Assembly: GCF_025526975.1 (NCBI RefSeq)
Contig: NW_026515670.1
Coordinates: forward strand, 1,302,001 to 1,366,000
DNA: 64,000 nt
From: Fimicolochytrium jonesii
Taxonomy: Eukaryota
Direction of reading: 5' to 3'
Shown: positions 11,467 through 24,328 of the stretch, one piece after another
Numbering within the stretch: the stretch's first letter is position 1
Layout: every line of letters begins with the position of its first letter
Position numbers and translations under genes: made by a program
The notes under the pieces: generated by a model
The model's input: the letters and a program-made list of their open reading frames with translations, nothing else
The model's database searches: none
Told to the model about the DNA's origin: nothing

Positions 11467-12810
11467 TTATTGATGATCTTGCACATGTTGTACCCTTCGT
11501 GTTCTGCAGTCAACTTCTGGAGGAGACATGTGCTCAATTGTTACATCTTGCCGTGTGAAGAAGTGGCCATTTGTGAAGCCCCACGACACAAACATCTGCT
11601 TCAACATCTGGACACTGGAGCCTTCATTCGGAAACCTTTCCAAAAGCGTGCATGCATTGTGTATGTAGGCAGGCCGCCCTTTCCGAAACACCTTCTCAAA
11701 GTATCCGGTATGGACCTCGTTTGCGCACCAGTTGCAAAGGCTTTCGAAAAGCTGGTTCATTCGCTGGGCCTCTATAACACACGAGGCCGAACGTATGTAA
11801 CATGGACGTGGCCATGTCCCTCTGACATCCCGAAGGTGGGCGATGTTCGCTCAGACGGTTTGATTGGAACCCACTGCATATGCTCAGCAGCTGGACGCAG
11901 GTGCTGACCGCCCAGTCTTCACGCCTGTCGACCCAGCAATCGAACGACGAACGTTGAGACGTACTGTACCTGTCTCAGGGGCCCGACTCAGCGGCCTACA
12001 GTACTCTTTTGCGGAGACTGGTGGGGTCGGACTCTCATCAGGGCCGGACTTTATGGCCACAGCAAAAATTTAGTACGGCGCTGCGCAGCGCAATGTCCGC
12101 GCATAGTACCATGCAGCTCCAACTTAAAATCCGTCGACGTTGGCACGAAAACTTGCGGGAGGGGGGAGGGGGGGGGGGGGGGGGGTTAATATAGGATGTA
12201 GCGCAGCTCGACTCACATGCTCGACGACAACGGATTGCAACGGAAGGAACACCGTGACTTCCAGTACGCACTGCGGTCTGCGAGCCGTGAGCCGTAAGAC
12301 CATCCCAGCATCTTCGGCAGCTATATGCAGCAAGTCGAAGAGGCTAGAATCACATCAAGAGAGAAATCCATCACAGTAGCTGTTGCTTTATGACGCTGCC
12401 GCCGCGTCATTGAACGAGGAACAGTACTCGGATCTTTGGACGTGTTATTCAGATCTACAGTACAGTACAGTCTGTTGCCATAAAGCAGGTCGCCACCGAA
12501 AGTAAGTCAGTGTCCTCGCGGCTGATCATTGCACCCATCATCCTCATTCAAATTTCACGGTATGAGGACCCCTAATCTAAACTAGATCTGTCACTGTCCT
12601 AGGCAACAACCGCTGGGGCCGACTGCGCACGGCCAGGTGCGACCTGCTTTATGGCAACAGACTGTCCTTCGTCCGGAGAAATGAGAAAATTTCATCAGCT
12701 TCGCATGCCGCCACAGCGGCGGACCCTGTCCTTCAAGTTCAACTGTTCAAGAATCAAACTGCAAAGCACCGCGGACTGCAAATTCAGCACGAGCCCTCGT
12801 GCTATGACGG
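11467..12810 (-). pseudogene. Possible degraded F-box-like gene interrupted by a MITE
   Basis: LNLQSAVLCSLILEQLNLKDRVR followed by a stop resembles an F-box. Protein-like exon fragments occur at ~12210-12350 and 11467-11770. Confidence 0.25.
12468..12664. mobile_element. Tc1/mariner-type MITE (197 bp)
   Basis: Perfect 26-bp TIRs CAGTCTGTTGCCATAAAGCAGGTCGC at 12468-12493 and 12639-12664. The left flank is TA and the right flank TC. Confidence 0.8.
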
Positions 12811-13682
12811 TGCCAAAGAAGGAATCTGAATGATTGCGATTTCCGGCTGCTCCCAATGCCTCCCATCGTCTTTGGCCTTTGGCGGTGCGGGGTATCTGTG
12901 TTTTCGTTTCCCGCGTATAGAGCGCAAAAAAAGGGGAACATGACGAGATCTGTGACCGGCAATTGACAGCACCCTCGATTTTCGAACGTCCGCCATCTCC
13001 GCAATACCGAACCCCTGGAGCACGGAGCATAGGTTACCGACGTTCTGGGTCCTTATTCTGAGCAGATTACCGTCGAATAGTGTCATTTGGTCCTGGAAAT
13101 GAACTAGGTGAACGCTATGGCACCGCGCGCGCATGCGTACATACTGTACAGGAGGTGGCATTGCCCTGAGCCATGGCTATCTTTACGCATCCGCTCCTAT
13201 GCGGGTGCAGTCTGTGACAGTGGACTTTCGTAGTGACCCGCCCGACGACGTTCGCTGCGCGGTGGTGAATCCGTCTCCCATTCATGTACTCTTTCCATTC
13301 CCCCCTTTTCCTGTGTACACCCTTCGAAAAGTTTGTCTTTCAACATGACCAGACATCTTCGACGCATGCAACTTGATGCAAGCGCTGCGAAAGCGGCATC
13401 GTCGTAATTCGATTCCTCCGCTGCTTGGCAGGACAATCAACGATGATTGATGACGCTAGGGGCGGCGAAATCCATCTGTGATGTTCCACTGTATTCAAAG
13501 TGCATGGCGAACCCGCATGGCGGCATCTGTCCATCAGACTCCGTCTTGCGCTGCATCCTCCGCGTTGGAGGACGGGCAGTATATAGTCTCGGCATGGCTC
13601 CACCTACGGCCGCGACGATTCCTAGCATCTGCGACCTTCTTCGCTTACCATCATAAGATACACCAAATTTCCATCCGCAACA

Positions 13683-14822
13683 ATGGCCCTCAACGAAGCT
13701 TCCATTCTCCGCTCTCGGCCGGCAGCCGTCGAGAAGGTATCTCCCGCACCGGCACCAACATGGCGCACGAAGCCCGCCCCCGCCGTAACCCACGACACCT
13801 GGAAGTCGACGCTCCAGGCGTTCATCAAACTCGGCCGACCCAAGTTCCTCCCATACAGCGCCATTCTCACCCTTCTCGGCGCCCTCTACTCGAGTCAATC
13901 GTCAGGCACGCCCATCGACTGGCCAGCCTACATGGTCGCGTTGAGCTTCATCTGGGTGACGCACCTGCAAACACATTACAACAACGAGTATTTTGATCTG
14001 CAAGCCGATCTCGCCAACGACACGCCAACTAAGTGGACAGGAGGATCCAGGGTCCTCGTCGATGGATTACTTCCTACCTGGTCGGCCCTTGCCGCGTCCG
14101 TCACGTTGACCGTCTTCGGCATCTTGTCAGTGTGGGGAGCCAAATGGGACTCCCAACCCGTCGTGTACATTGCCATCGCCATTATGACCCTAGCGTGGAG
14201 CTACACCTCCCCGCCTGTGAGGTTGCACTACCATTCATTAGGAGAGCTGACCGTCGCAACGGTGTTGACTGTCTTGACGCCATTGTTCGGATTCGCGACG
14301 CAGCCTGGTACTGGAAAGACTTGGGAAACTTTCACGTAAGTCATCAGTATGATGCAGGATCTGTCCCAAATCCATCCTCACATTGCATCCCATCCCCATC
14401 ACAGCATGCCTTCCTCCTTGCCCTATCTCCTCGCCATCCTCGCCATCCAGCAATGGGCTCGCATGGTCGTCATGAACATCCCGGACGTCGAAGGCGACCT
14501 CCGCGTAAGCAAGATCACCTTCGCCGCGCGCATCGGTGTCCGCAACGCCGCCAACATCTACTACGCCGTGCAAGTCCTCACGCCCTTCCTTGCTCTCATC
14601 TTCCTGCCATGGCCACTGTCATGCGCGTTCCTGTCGCTATCGCTGTACGGCCTCAAGGCCGCGAAGAAAGTTAAGCTAGCTTGCAACAGCGGGTCCTGGA
14701 ACCATATCGACGAGACGGTCAGCATTCCATTTGAAGCGACGGGCCATTGTGCGGGCACGGCCTTGGCGTGCACCACTGCTATGATCTTACTGTCATTGGC
14801 CGGCAGTAAGGCTGGTTTGTGA
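13683..14822 (+). CDS. UbiA-family (MenA/UBIAD1-like) prenyltransferase, 2 exons
   Basis: Asp-rich motifs HYNNEYFDLQAD and MNIPDVEGD, plus TGGSRVL, YTSPP.RLHY..LGE and multiple TM helices. Intron 14336-14404. Confidence 0.88.
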
Positions 14823-15214
14823 AAACATCACTACTACTAGAAACGTTCGGCCAGGACTTTTGCAGGGAAGTCCCTCCCCTTGCCCTCGCCGGCCGATAGA
14901 TACACCATTTTAGCACCCACTTACCGGAAACCCGCCGTCATCCGCGTTTCCTCAATCTCTTCATGTAATATTCCTTTTTAATGTGCTCATAATCTACCCG
15001 TGAACGTAACTTGAGAAGTGAGTCTTCGAAGTGTGCTGGCTTATCCGTAGTACGCTGTCATTTTATTCAACGACGGGAAAGGGCGGAAACGCGCTTGTCG
15101 TCGGAAAGCCTCGTCTCCTTTGGAACACACCGCCAAACGCCGACTTGCTGTATTTCGAAGCGTCGTCGTGGACACTCCCGTTGACCACCCTCGACCGTCA
15201 AACTCGTCAACTCC

Positions 15215-16147
15215 ATGGGGAAAGCGAACAGCAAGCTGAGCTCAGAAGAGCTGCAAGAACTGCAGCGATGCACTTACTGTACGTCGGCCGAGGCCTTCTC
15301 CGCTGTCACTCACGTCACTTGTACCAGCGATAGCTGATCAGCCTTATCTCCCTCTAACTCACCCAACGCTTACCGTATGCTTTATAGTCGACAAGAGAGA
15401 ACTACAGCAATGGTACAAAGGCTTTATGAAAGACTGTCCAACCGGCTCCCTCGACCGCGAGAATTTCGCACGGATATATAAACAGTTCTTCCCATTCGGA
15501 GACTCGGCCGCTTTCGCGAATCACGTATTTGACGTGTTTGACGAGAATAAGAACGGGACGGTAGATTTCAAGGAGTTCATCTCGGCGTTGTCGGTTACGT
15601 CGAGGGGGAGGATCGACGAGAAGCTTGTTTGTGAGTATTGGAAAGTCACGCTGTGAACGAGGAGAAAGGGCTGGAGCATGGCGGTGGACCGTTCACGGAT
15701 ACGTGCGGTTTGGATTCAGAACGAAGCTGGGAATGAGATTGGGTCTTGGTTTCTGATCGCTGCATACTGTTCTTGCTTTCCGTAGGGTCATTTCAACTAT
15801 ACGACATCAACAACGATGGATACATAACACGGGACGAGATGTATCAAATCGTAGAGGCAATATACAAAATGGTGGGGAATATGGTCAAGCTACCCGAAGA
15901 TGAGGATACCGCGGACAAGCGGGTGGAGAAGATCTTCACGTTGATGGACAGTGTAAGTTCAATGCATGGGCAGGAGGGGATCTATGCGCAATTAGACCTC
16001 TGGGTCTTTGAACATGCATACTTACCGCTCTTGCCACCACGGATCTAGAATGGAGATGGGAAACTCGATATGGAAGAATTCCGGGAAGGCTCGCAGAAAG
16101 ACCCGACGATAGTCAACGCGCTCAATCTTTACGACGGCCTTGTTTGA
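15215..16147 (+). CDS. FRQ1: Frequenin / neuronal calcium sensor 1
   Basis: Myristoylation-type start [25 protein letters not shown]-hands [13 protein letters not shown] and [13 protein letters not shown], and C-terminal LNLYDGLV. Four exons. Confidence 0.96.
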
Positions 16148-16874
16148 GCATTGCTCGCATACCCAGCATTCTGCGGCGGACCACTGTCCGCCAAACCCGA
16201 TACATATGCATTTTTGGAATATTTTGAGAAGCCGCCGGTCATCGTTCGGAGTAGCTAAGCGTGTCGGAAAGTATGACGTTTACGCCAAGCGCACCGAGTG
16301 GGGGTGTATGGTTGGATGTCGAATCGCTGGAGAGACGGAGTCGTTTTGGTGCGGCATATGGAGAACTGGGGGCCATAGCGTCCAGTACAAAGCACGAAAA
16401 ACCAACCGGTGCCACTTCAGGCTATACAGCGCAACCCTGACGGCTGCCACCTAGCAGCATGGACCATGGGCTTGACCTCGGGCCACGTTCGTCCACCTCA
16501 CTCTTGATACCCCTGCCCCTCCACACACTGTAATGTACATTTGTGCCTAAATGTGCCGCCGCACAATGAAAGACATTTCCCCAACATCGCATATCAGAGT
16601 GTAATTCGTTATCAGTGGAGCAGGGCGGTAAGTGGCCGGGGAAACGTACCCGCCATGGAAAATGAGACCAAATGCGAAAACCCGTCGTCTTCCTGGCGCT
16701 CTTCCATTCCAAATTGCCGGTCGCTCTCACCGGGAGCGAAATCATTTGAACCTTGACTTCAGATTACTTTCAAAAGGCGCAAATCTATTCGGAACGGATA
16801 ATGATAGTGGTAACATAAAAATAGTGGATCTTCCCGAGTGGTATCTATCGTCCCTGTGATGGCCCTTCGTCCTC

Positions 16875-17255
16875 TCATTTCTTCTTAGCGTCTGTCCCTG
16901 CTCCCCCGCCTGCTGCCGCTGCCGCTGCCGCCGCTGCTTTCGCCGCTTGCTTCTCCTGGATCATCTTTTTGTCACTGAATGGTAGGCAGGTTAGGAAAAG
17001 AGTCTAAACTGTTTTGTTGACGTAGGGGAAACTCACTACTCCATCCGTTGCGCATGTGTCATATCATCCTTGCGCTGCCCGCCTTTTCCGTCGGCCTTTT
17101 TTGCAGCTTTCGCCCGTGCGATCTCTCTTTGGTTTCCGCCTGTTTCGTATGGAACCAATCGGTAACAAAGTGTGAGCGACATTTTGGTGACATACGTTTA
17201 TAGAGTCACCGTTGCGTAAGCCGGACGGAAGACCGATGAGAAACGTACGGGTCAT
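16875..17255 (-). CDS. SERF/4F5 family small protein, 3 exons
   Basis: Spliced product MTRGNQREIARAKAAKK...QRMEYDKKMIQEKQAAKAAAA...KKK. It is missing from the ORF track because of the introns. Confidence 0.88.
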
Positions 17256-17569
17256 TCTTGAAAGGAGATGGAGTACTGTATGCGTTTGAGAGTAGTACGC
17301 TGAGGGCTTGCGGTGGAACGACTAGACTAGGAAGACGACCTTTCTGTCGCTGATCCTGTTCGTCTGCAACGAAGTCTGCCAAACTTGGAAACTTTTAGCC
17401 CAAAGGGTCCAACAGAACGGAGGAACGACGTGTTGAAGCTCTCGTTGTCGTTCCGTCGCTTTCCGTTACGTAGCAGAAAACATCCCCCACACAGAAAGCA
17501 CCCCTCTCCGCCAAGTACTGTACAATTCCGACGTCCTCACCGCCACTATTCGCCCACCGATAGCCAACC

Positions 17570-17950
17570 ATGTCGAGCATACAGGTCTTCCTGCTCATCT
17601 CGCTGGTCATCCTTGTCGCTCTCCTCCTCATTCTCATCCCGATAGCAGCACTATCACTCACCTCCGACAACTCTCGCCACCCCCTTCGGCGCTCCCGCAT
17701 CTCTTTCACAGAAATCCGCAACGTCATATCCCGAATCCCTTTAGCACTACGCGAATTTTTCACTGTTCCGGCGTCGGCATCCCATCGTGGGTATTCGGCT
17801 GCGGGAGGACGTGGATATGCCGACGCCGATGGAGGGGATGAGTGGATGGAGATGCATGCGCGAGCTGGAGATGTGGGGGAGTTCCCGCCTGCAGCGATCA
17901 GGAACGAATGGGAGAGGGATACGCTGGGCGAACTGTGGGGCAGGGGCTGA
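17570..17950 (+). CDS. Small protein with N-terminal transmembrane/signal helix
   Basis: 126-aa ORF starting with ATG and a very hydrophobic first ~28 aa. Confidence 0.55.
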   Translation: MSSIQVFLLISLVILVALLLILIPIAALSLTSDNSRHPLRRSRISFTEIRNVISRIPLALREFFTVPASASHRGYSAAGGRGYADADGGDEWMEMHARAGDVGEFPPAAIRNEWERDTLGELWGRG

Positions 17951-19983
17951 GGACTAAGCTATTCGCAAGAAGGCATCACCGTGTTCGTTCCGAAACGATT
18001 GCAATAGGGTTTTCAACTAGTTCGATGTCCGGTGGACAAGGGTGTATGTTCCGAATGGTTGCCAATGGCCGGACTCCTGCCCACGCCGCTTAGCTCAAGA
18101 AAATACTAGCGTCATTTTTGGGACCCGTTGAACAGATCTGGAAATGCAAAGAGCCAAAAAAACGAGTTCCGCTCCACGCTTCCCCGTTGTCTCACGCTCC
18201 GTGAAATCAAATTGGAGGTGCCGATCAGATATGCCTCTGGCGATCCTGTCGAATCATGGCTGAACAAGCGTCTTTGCCCCGGTCCATCTCCGGATGTCCT
18301 CATCCTTCGAAGTGCGAGGTGTACTACGTCAACCGCAAGCTATGAGCGATGAACGGAACGACATCACGGCACGACACCACGCAGGCCGGCATTCCCTTGT
18401 AGGGATGGGAGGGTCAGGACGGAATAGGAGGTTGTTGGTGGTCCTGAGCCATCTCGAGGGGCGAGAAGGCCTGGCAGGCCTGGCATAGCTACTGGGCTTT
18501 GAAATGCACCTCACTTAATATTGAGAGACGTATGAAACGCCGGATTTGATCGCGGTTGCTTGGGGGGGGGGGGGGGGGGGGCGGGGGGGGCTCTACTGTA
18601 TCTTCGCGCGACAGATAATCATGAAAATAAATCACCGCACAAGCACCTGAGCTGCGTATGGTGCACTGCAGCTGTACTTGCAATCCACCTCCTGGATCTG
18701 TTAGATGCCCTCGCCATCCCTTCACTGCAGTTATTCTCATCCCGTAGGATGGACTACGGAACGCACAACGACGACAGCTCTATTGGATCTGTACAAGGGG
18801 GGGAACAGGATCGGGGCGGTCGGGGCTGGGTTGGAAGAAGGGATGGTGGGGAGGGGGTGTGCGGGGGTGGAACCATTGTCATGATTGTCGGGAATGGCGC
18901 CCGCTTATATGCCGGCGGCTCGGAATGCAGAAGCGATTGAAAAGAGAGTTTGCCGCGTCGCAGATTGGTGCACTGATTAGGCCGACTTGGAAGAGACCGA
19001 GTCGCTTCTCGGTCTATATCCGTTGTTGAGAGACTCGGACGACGAGTAAATCCCCGTATCCGACGCTCGGATGCAACATCCCGCCAGCACCGCTAACAGC
19101 AGCAGATCGTTCGCGTACAAGCGAGAAAGGAGCGTCGTAGACTGTACTACAAGTAACCAGGTGACCAGAGTGATTCCGAGACGACGGGATCAATAGCGGG
19201 TTGACCAACAGTCCGCATACGGCCACCAGGCGATGCTTCGCTTCTCTTCTCTGCTGCAGTGCACATTTGATAGATAATCGCAGATGTTGACCTTACTGGA
19301 ATGTGTGGGACCGTCCTCAATGATAGTTAATGCTCCTAGAGAAATGATCCCTTGAAGCGGGGCTCCATGAAGCATACGGAAACTATTTCGTCGAGATTCA
19401 ATATCAAACCCTTTGGGTTGTTCACAACGAATGAATGAAAAATATTCGGTCAAATCCCGGCCCACGCGCTGTCGAAACCGTCGCCTCTAAACCCCGCTCT
19501 GATTGACAATCCTCTGCATATGTGCAGTATGTGAGGCTCCGACGGAGACACCCATCAACGTAAAGGATACATCCAAAGCCTAATGAAGAGCAATGTTCTG
19601 AAGAGGTCAAACGGTCTGAGTTGTCATGAGGTGTAAGAAATAAGGACGAGTTCGCTTAGGAAACAAGGGGCCTCGGAGGCGCCGGGTCCACGCCGAGGCC
19701 TTGGTTCAGTCAGCATGGTCCTGATGCGAGGAATTTCGTCCTTCCCAATGGTGCCGTCAAGAAGACGACTGTTATACACCCTTACCAGGAATCTACAGAG
19801 GCGACAGGCACCAGTGTATGTAATTTCGACTGGGGGATGCGTTCTCCAGGATAACAATGACGTGCGCCACCTTTGATACGTCGCTAAAGAAACTTGCTGA
19901 TCATAGGGACGTATGAGGACCGTCTTCATCACCCCGCGGCTTCAACCTTCGTACCATATACCCTCCACATTAGTGATTGAAAT

Positions 19984-20397
19984 ATGGGTTGCGGAGCCTC
20001 TAAACAGGAGCCCAGAATACGGCAGGATGGTGTCGACAACCCCGAACCAGCGCCGAAGAAGGCATCATCCATTTCAAATGGACCTCACATGTCTGAGGTG
20101 ACGCACGCCCAGTCGCGTAATGACAAGGACCATGGCAGCCTTTTGCCTGAAAGATTCCCCTTTGGTACAGCATTCCTGGCGAGGGCGCAGACATATATCG
20201 ATATCTTCAACAGAGGCGATATACCAACCTTCAGCAACACGTAACTTGTTTTGTTTGTGAGTGAGGCATTGATATTCAGTTGCGGCCCGAGAGGAAATCT
20301 AGAACGTGTGAGCTTGGATGACGATGACTCCATGTCTGCGAGCGCCAGGATCGAACATGCGGTTTTGTTTGGGGACGGGTACAGCAAGCAGGCTTAA
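19984..20397 (+). CDS. Putative small dual-acylated protein (MGCGASK start)
   Basis: Myristoylation/palmitoylation-type N-terminus and a plausible intron to a last exon ending GYSKQA*. The exon structure is uncertain. Confidence 0.4.
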
Positions 20398-20632
20398 AGA
20401 AGCCTTGAAATAGAAATATCAGTAGGCGCCCGGCCATTACCATCGCTGGCGCTGAGAAGCAGAAACGGTGTTTGCACTGCAGGTCAACATACGCTGATGC
20501 GCTGACACATGTTACTGTTTCGCGAAGTCCAACCCGATGAGATTGAATTTCAGATGTCGAAGGGGCGTTTCAATCTAATACGAGACTAGAATGCATACGC
20601 CGGGAGTTCAAATAGAAAGGGTGTCAAGCAAC

Positions 20633-22599
20633 CTACACCTGTTCCTCGGTGAACTGTCGCCACCCTTGGGCGATACTAACAGGAGGCAGACCTAACAGCG
20701 TCCCCATCCCTCTCAACAACATCGAACATCTAGCTATCATCAACGACCCTTCAGGGAACGTGATTGTCTTGTCCACCTTCGCCAGGTACTCGTTATACTG
20801 CTGTAGGTTCATCGACGGGTCGGGAATGACATCCGGCCCGTCGCGATCGAGATTGATCACGGCTTGTTTGTACACGACCTCGGGAAGCATCTTTTCGCTT
20901 TTAAAGCCCATGTCCGTGAATGTCTTCTCCACCGCCTCTTTGTCGTTGTCAGCTAGCGCGCGGTACAATTTCGCGTATTGCACGCGCTGCTCGGGGGTGA
21001 GGTTGGAGACTTGCCCGTAGTCGATGAGGCCGATCCGGCCGTCGCGAAGGAGGAAAATGTTGCCCGGGTGCGCGTCGGCGTTGAAGACGCCGTCGACAAG
21101 AACTTGGTGGCCGTGGACTTTGACGAGGGTGGACATGATGCCTTTGAAGTCCAACGACGGGACTACCCTCCAGTGAAGTGCAGGAATGACACCCACGGTC
21201 CAGTTCCAGAGAGTTCTTGCCAAGGGTAAAGTATAATCTTCCCAGGCGGTCAAAACTGCAAACCTCGCTAAGCGGGCGATACGTCGTAGCTCTCGAACTC
21301 TATCTTTAGAGTTGATGACGGGCCCCGCCTTAGCGCTCTGATCTGAGTCTTTTTGAGCTTGTTGAGAAGATCCACTTCGTAGTTCTTCGAGCAATACAGA
21401 CATCGGCACGCCCATTCTGGAAGCCATCTTCTCAACGTGAGCTTTGATGCCGTCAAGGAGCTTGATACCGTCCAAGTACGTCATTACAATGACGTTTGGG
21501 CGGGTCAAGGACGATATAGGTTCGGGAACCTCGACTTGGTCATGATAGTGCCTTTTCATATTCGCAGATACTATCGCCAAGTTTGCAGCTTCGCGTTCGA
21601 AGTCCAGTTCCGACATGAATTGCTTTTCGATCTTCGGTCGCAGGTAAAATATATCGGATTAGACCATCGATGGCTACGATGGCGATGAAATGAAACCACG
21701 AGGACCGCTTACCTCGTCGAAAACGGGAAGGAATTCCGGTTGAGCAAGTTTGCAGAACGCATGGAGAGTCTGGAAATCCGTTCGGAAGAGACTCTCCACG
21801 TCTGGGTACTGCATCTTCACGACCACTTTTCTCCCGTCAGCTTTCAGCGTGGCTCGATGCACTTGCCCAACCGAAGCCGAGCCCAGTGCCTTCTCATCAA
21901 AGAGATCGAAAACCTCATCCAATGGCATCCCCAGAGACTGCTCCAAAATCCGCCTCACTTCAGGTCCAGGCAGAGGTGGGACCTGGTCGAAAAGAAAGGA
22001 GAGGGTGTTTCGATATGTTTCGGGCAGGATATCGGCCCGTGTGCAAGCGAATTGGCCCATCTTGATGAAGATGCCTCTTAGACGCAAGATGGTCTCCAAG
22101 ACTTTTGGCGCATCTTTGGCATGTAGAGCCTCGAATTCTCGGGATTTTGCCTCCTCAGACAGAGATTTGGTCTTCCATTCCACCCATCGATACCTCTGAA
22201 ACGTCAAGCACCAGTTATCAGCCACATTCTACATCGTCTTGAGCATCTAATACCAATCTTTCGCGTTCTATCTGTGCTTACGACGTAAACCGGAAACATG
22301 TTTGACCAGAAGATATAGCTCCGTTGAAACTTCTCCAAGGTGGTCGGGTCAACTATCTGGTATGTCAACGCACCGCCAGCCGCAAGGATGACGGCAGCGA
22401 GTCCGACCTTCCATGATTTGGACACGGCGTGATGTTGTTGCTGGTTTTTGTAGCCCGCAGAAGAATATGAGGCCGTTTGGCGAAGGTCGAAGGGGTGCGG
22501 CGTATGAGTTGCTGACAAGCTTGCACGCAGCCCTCGCCTGACCAGGTGAACAGGGCGACGCTGGTAAGCCAGGCGCGGAAACAAGAAACTGGCGGACAT
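20633..22599 (-). CDS. ABC1/ADCK (AarF/UbiB) atypical kinase
   Basis: GIFIKMGQ, LGSASVGQVHRA, VVVKMQYP, ELDFEREAAN, FNADAHPGNIFL and LIDYG motifs. Basic presequence-like N-terminus; three exons. Confidence 0.93.
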
Positions 22600-24328
22600 A
22601 CTCAGCAAGTAAGCCAACTTGGGAAAGGAGAAGCTTGCTCAATCTGAAGTCAGCGCGAGTCGTAGGGCGCCCTTATACAGTACATCCACCTTCTCAAACC
22701 GACCCAGCGGCCAGCGGCCTAGCCTCCAGAGTTCGTCGACGGTCATTCGTGTACGGAAAACTTACGGCTACCAACGCGGCCGCTCGTACCTCCGAAAGGC
22801 TCCGGTTCACGCGGGAGATTGGGAGTGGGAGTTGGGTGAATCCGGACGGAGACGCAGACGCAACCGCGATTTCATCGTCTTTCTGAGCCTGAGCATCTGA
22901 TCCCGGGCCGCTTGCTCCGCTTACATGATGTACAGTATTTCCGTCGAGGCAGTTTGGCTTGGAAGATCCGCGCGGCGTTGAACAGGAATCCAAGGTCGAT
23001 TTTGTTCCGGTTTGGTCACCCGGAAACCTCAACCTGCACATGCGGCGACTTGCACCCAACTCACCGGACTTACAGCCATCCAAGGATATATACAGAATTG
23101 GTGTCGTCACTGTTCATGCGGTCCTCTAGATATGCGCCGACGCAAATATCCTCACGACTGCCCCGCCCATGGCAGCCGATGGGTGGCGTTTGCACTTACG
23201 CTCCGAAGTTGCACCCACCGCCCAATCTCAACCCACGATGAGGATGGTGAAGTCAACCGCGGCGGCGTAGAGGATGGCGGAGTAGAAGCCAGTGGGTGGT
23301 AACGTTTGCGGTCCACCATGAAGTGTGAAGTTGTCGTGGAAGTTGACGTTAGGCAGGTGATTGGAGTCCATATCGACGCCCACAGCGGAGTGGTAGTCGA
23401 TGGGGTAGGAGAGGAAGTGGAAATTAAAGCGGGGCATGGGAGTATGTGACGGCAAGGGTGGGAGGTGTCGCAGATGACGACGGTGAAGTCAACAGCGGCG
23501 GTGGGGGACGACCGGCGGGGGTCAACATTTCCGCCGATGGAGGAAATCGAAGTGGGATGAGGGGAACGGAAACGGGGACGCGTGAGGGTTTGACGCATGG
23601 AAATGACGATGACGATGATGGAGACGATGAACGGAGCGAGTGCTTGGGGATGTGGAAGCCGCAAGCGACGAAGTAGATGGTCCCGTCCCTCGGCGGGCAA
23701 AGGGGTCAACGATAACGATCAGAAGGAAACGAACGCACGCGGTAACAGTTCCCCCCCCGCCAACCCCATCTGCCCCTCGGACATACGTGAACGCTCGCTC
23801 CGCCGGAGTGCATGAGGGACGCGAGCGACGAGAACGGAACCGTCGGATTTTGGGGCCTTGCCTGAACCAACAGACCCAGTGACGACGATCTTCACCCCCC
23901 CGCTACACCCAGCTCGACCCTAACTCACGTGCCCGCATTCAGAGGAGATCCTGAACATGAAGGGTTCGCTGATCAGGAACTGCCTTTGCTGCTGGAGAGG
24001 AAAATTCAGCTGACGCTCTGGAGAATACGATGTGTGTGAAAGGTCCCATATAGACGCGGCTAAGTAGTGATCAGGTGGCGATTCGAAGGGCATGCAAACG
24101 CACCCAACTGTATTGTCCGCCCTCTATCAGTACGACTGAAACAACTGTAGTCGATTTGTTTCCGTGCCATAGCAGGGGCTTCCTCCGCATGCCAAGTGGT
24201 CATTATTCGTGCTACGGATGATCTCACATCGTTCATATCTACCTACAGCTACCGGCACTCTCCCATCTTCTATTTAAGCTAACACGTAAAGAAGCCCGCG
24301 AGCGTGGAACTTGTTTGTGTTCCCTATC

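Noticed and set aside
19561..19570. GTATCCTTT on the minus strand, matching a U12-type 5' splice site
   Set aside because: No U12 branch sequence downstream and no supported host gene.
18000..19930. Short ORFs and an 8-bp hairpin (18994-19015) in a gene-poor region
   Set aside because: No domain motifs, consistent splice chain or terminal repeats; a stem this short is expected by chance.
23237..23501. 29-bp imperfect direct repeat (23237-23265 and 23473-23501) in low-complexity ORFs
   Set aside because: Only two copies, with no LTR, TIR or coding signature; not a CRISPR array.
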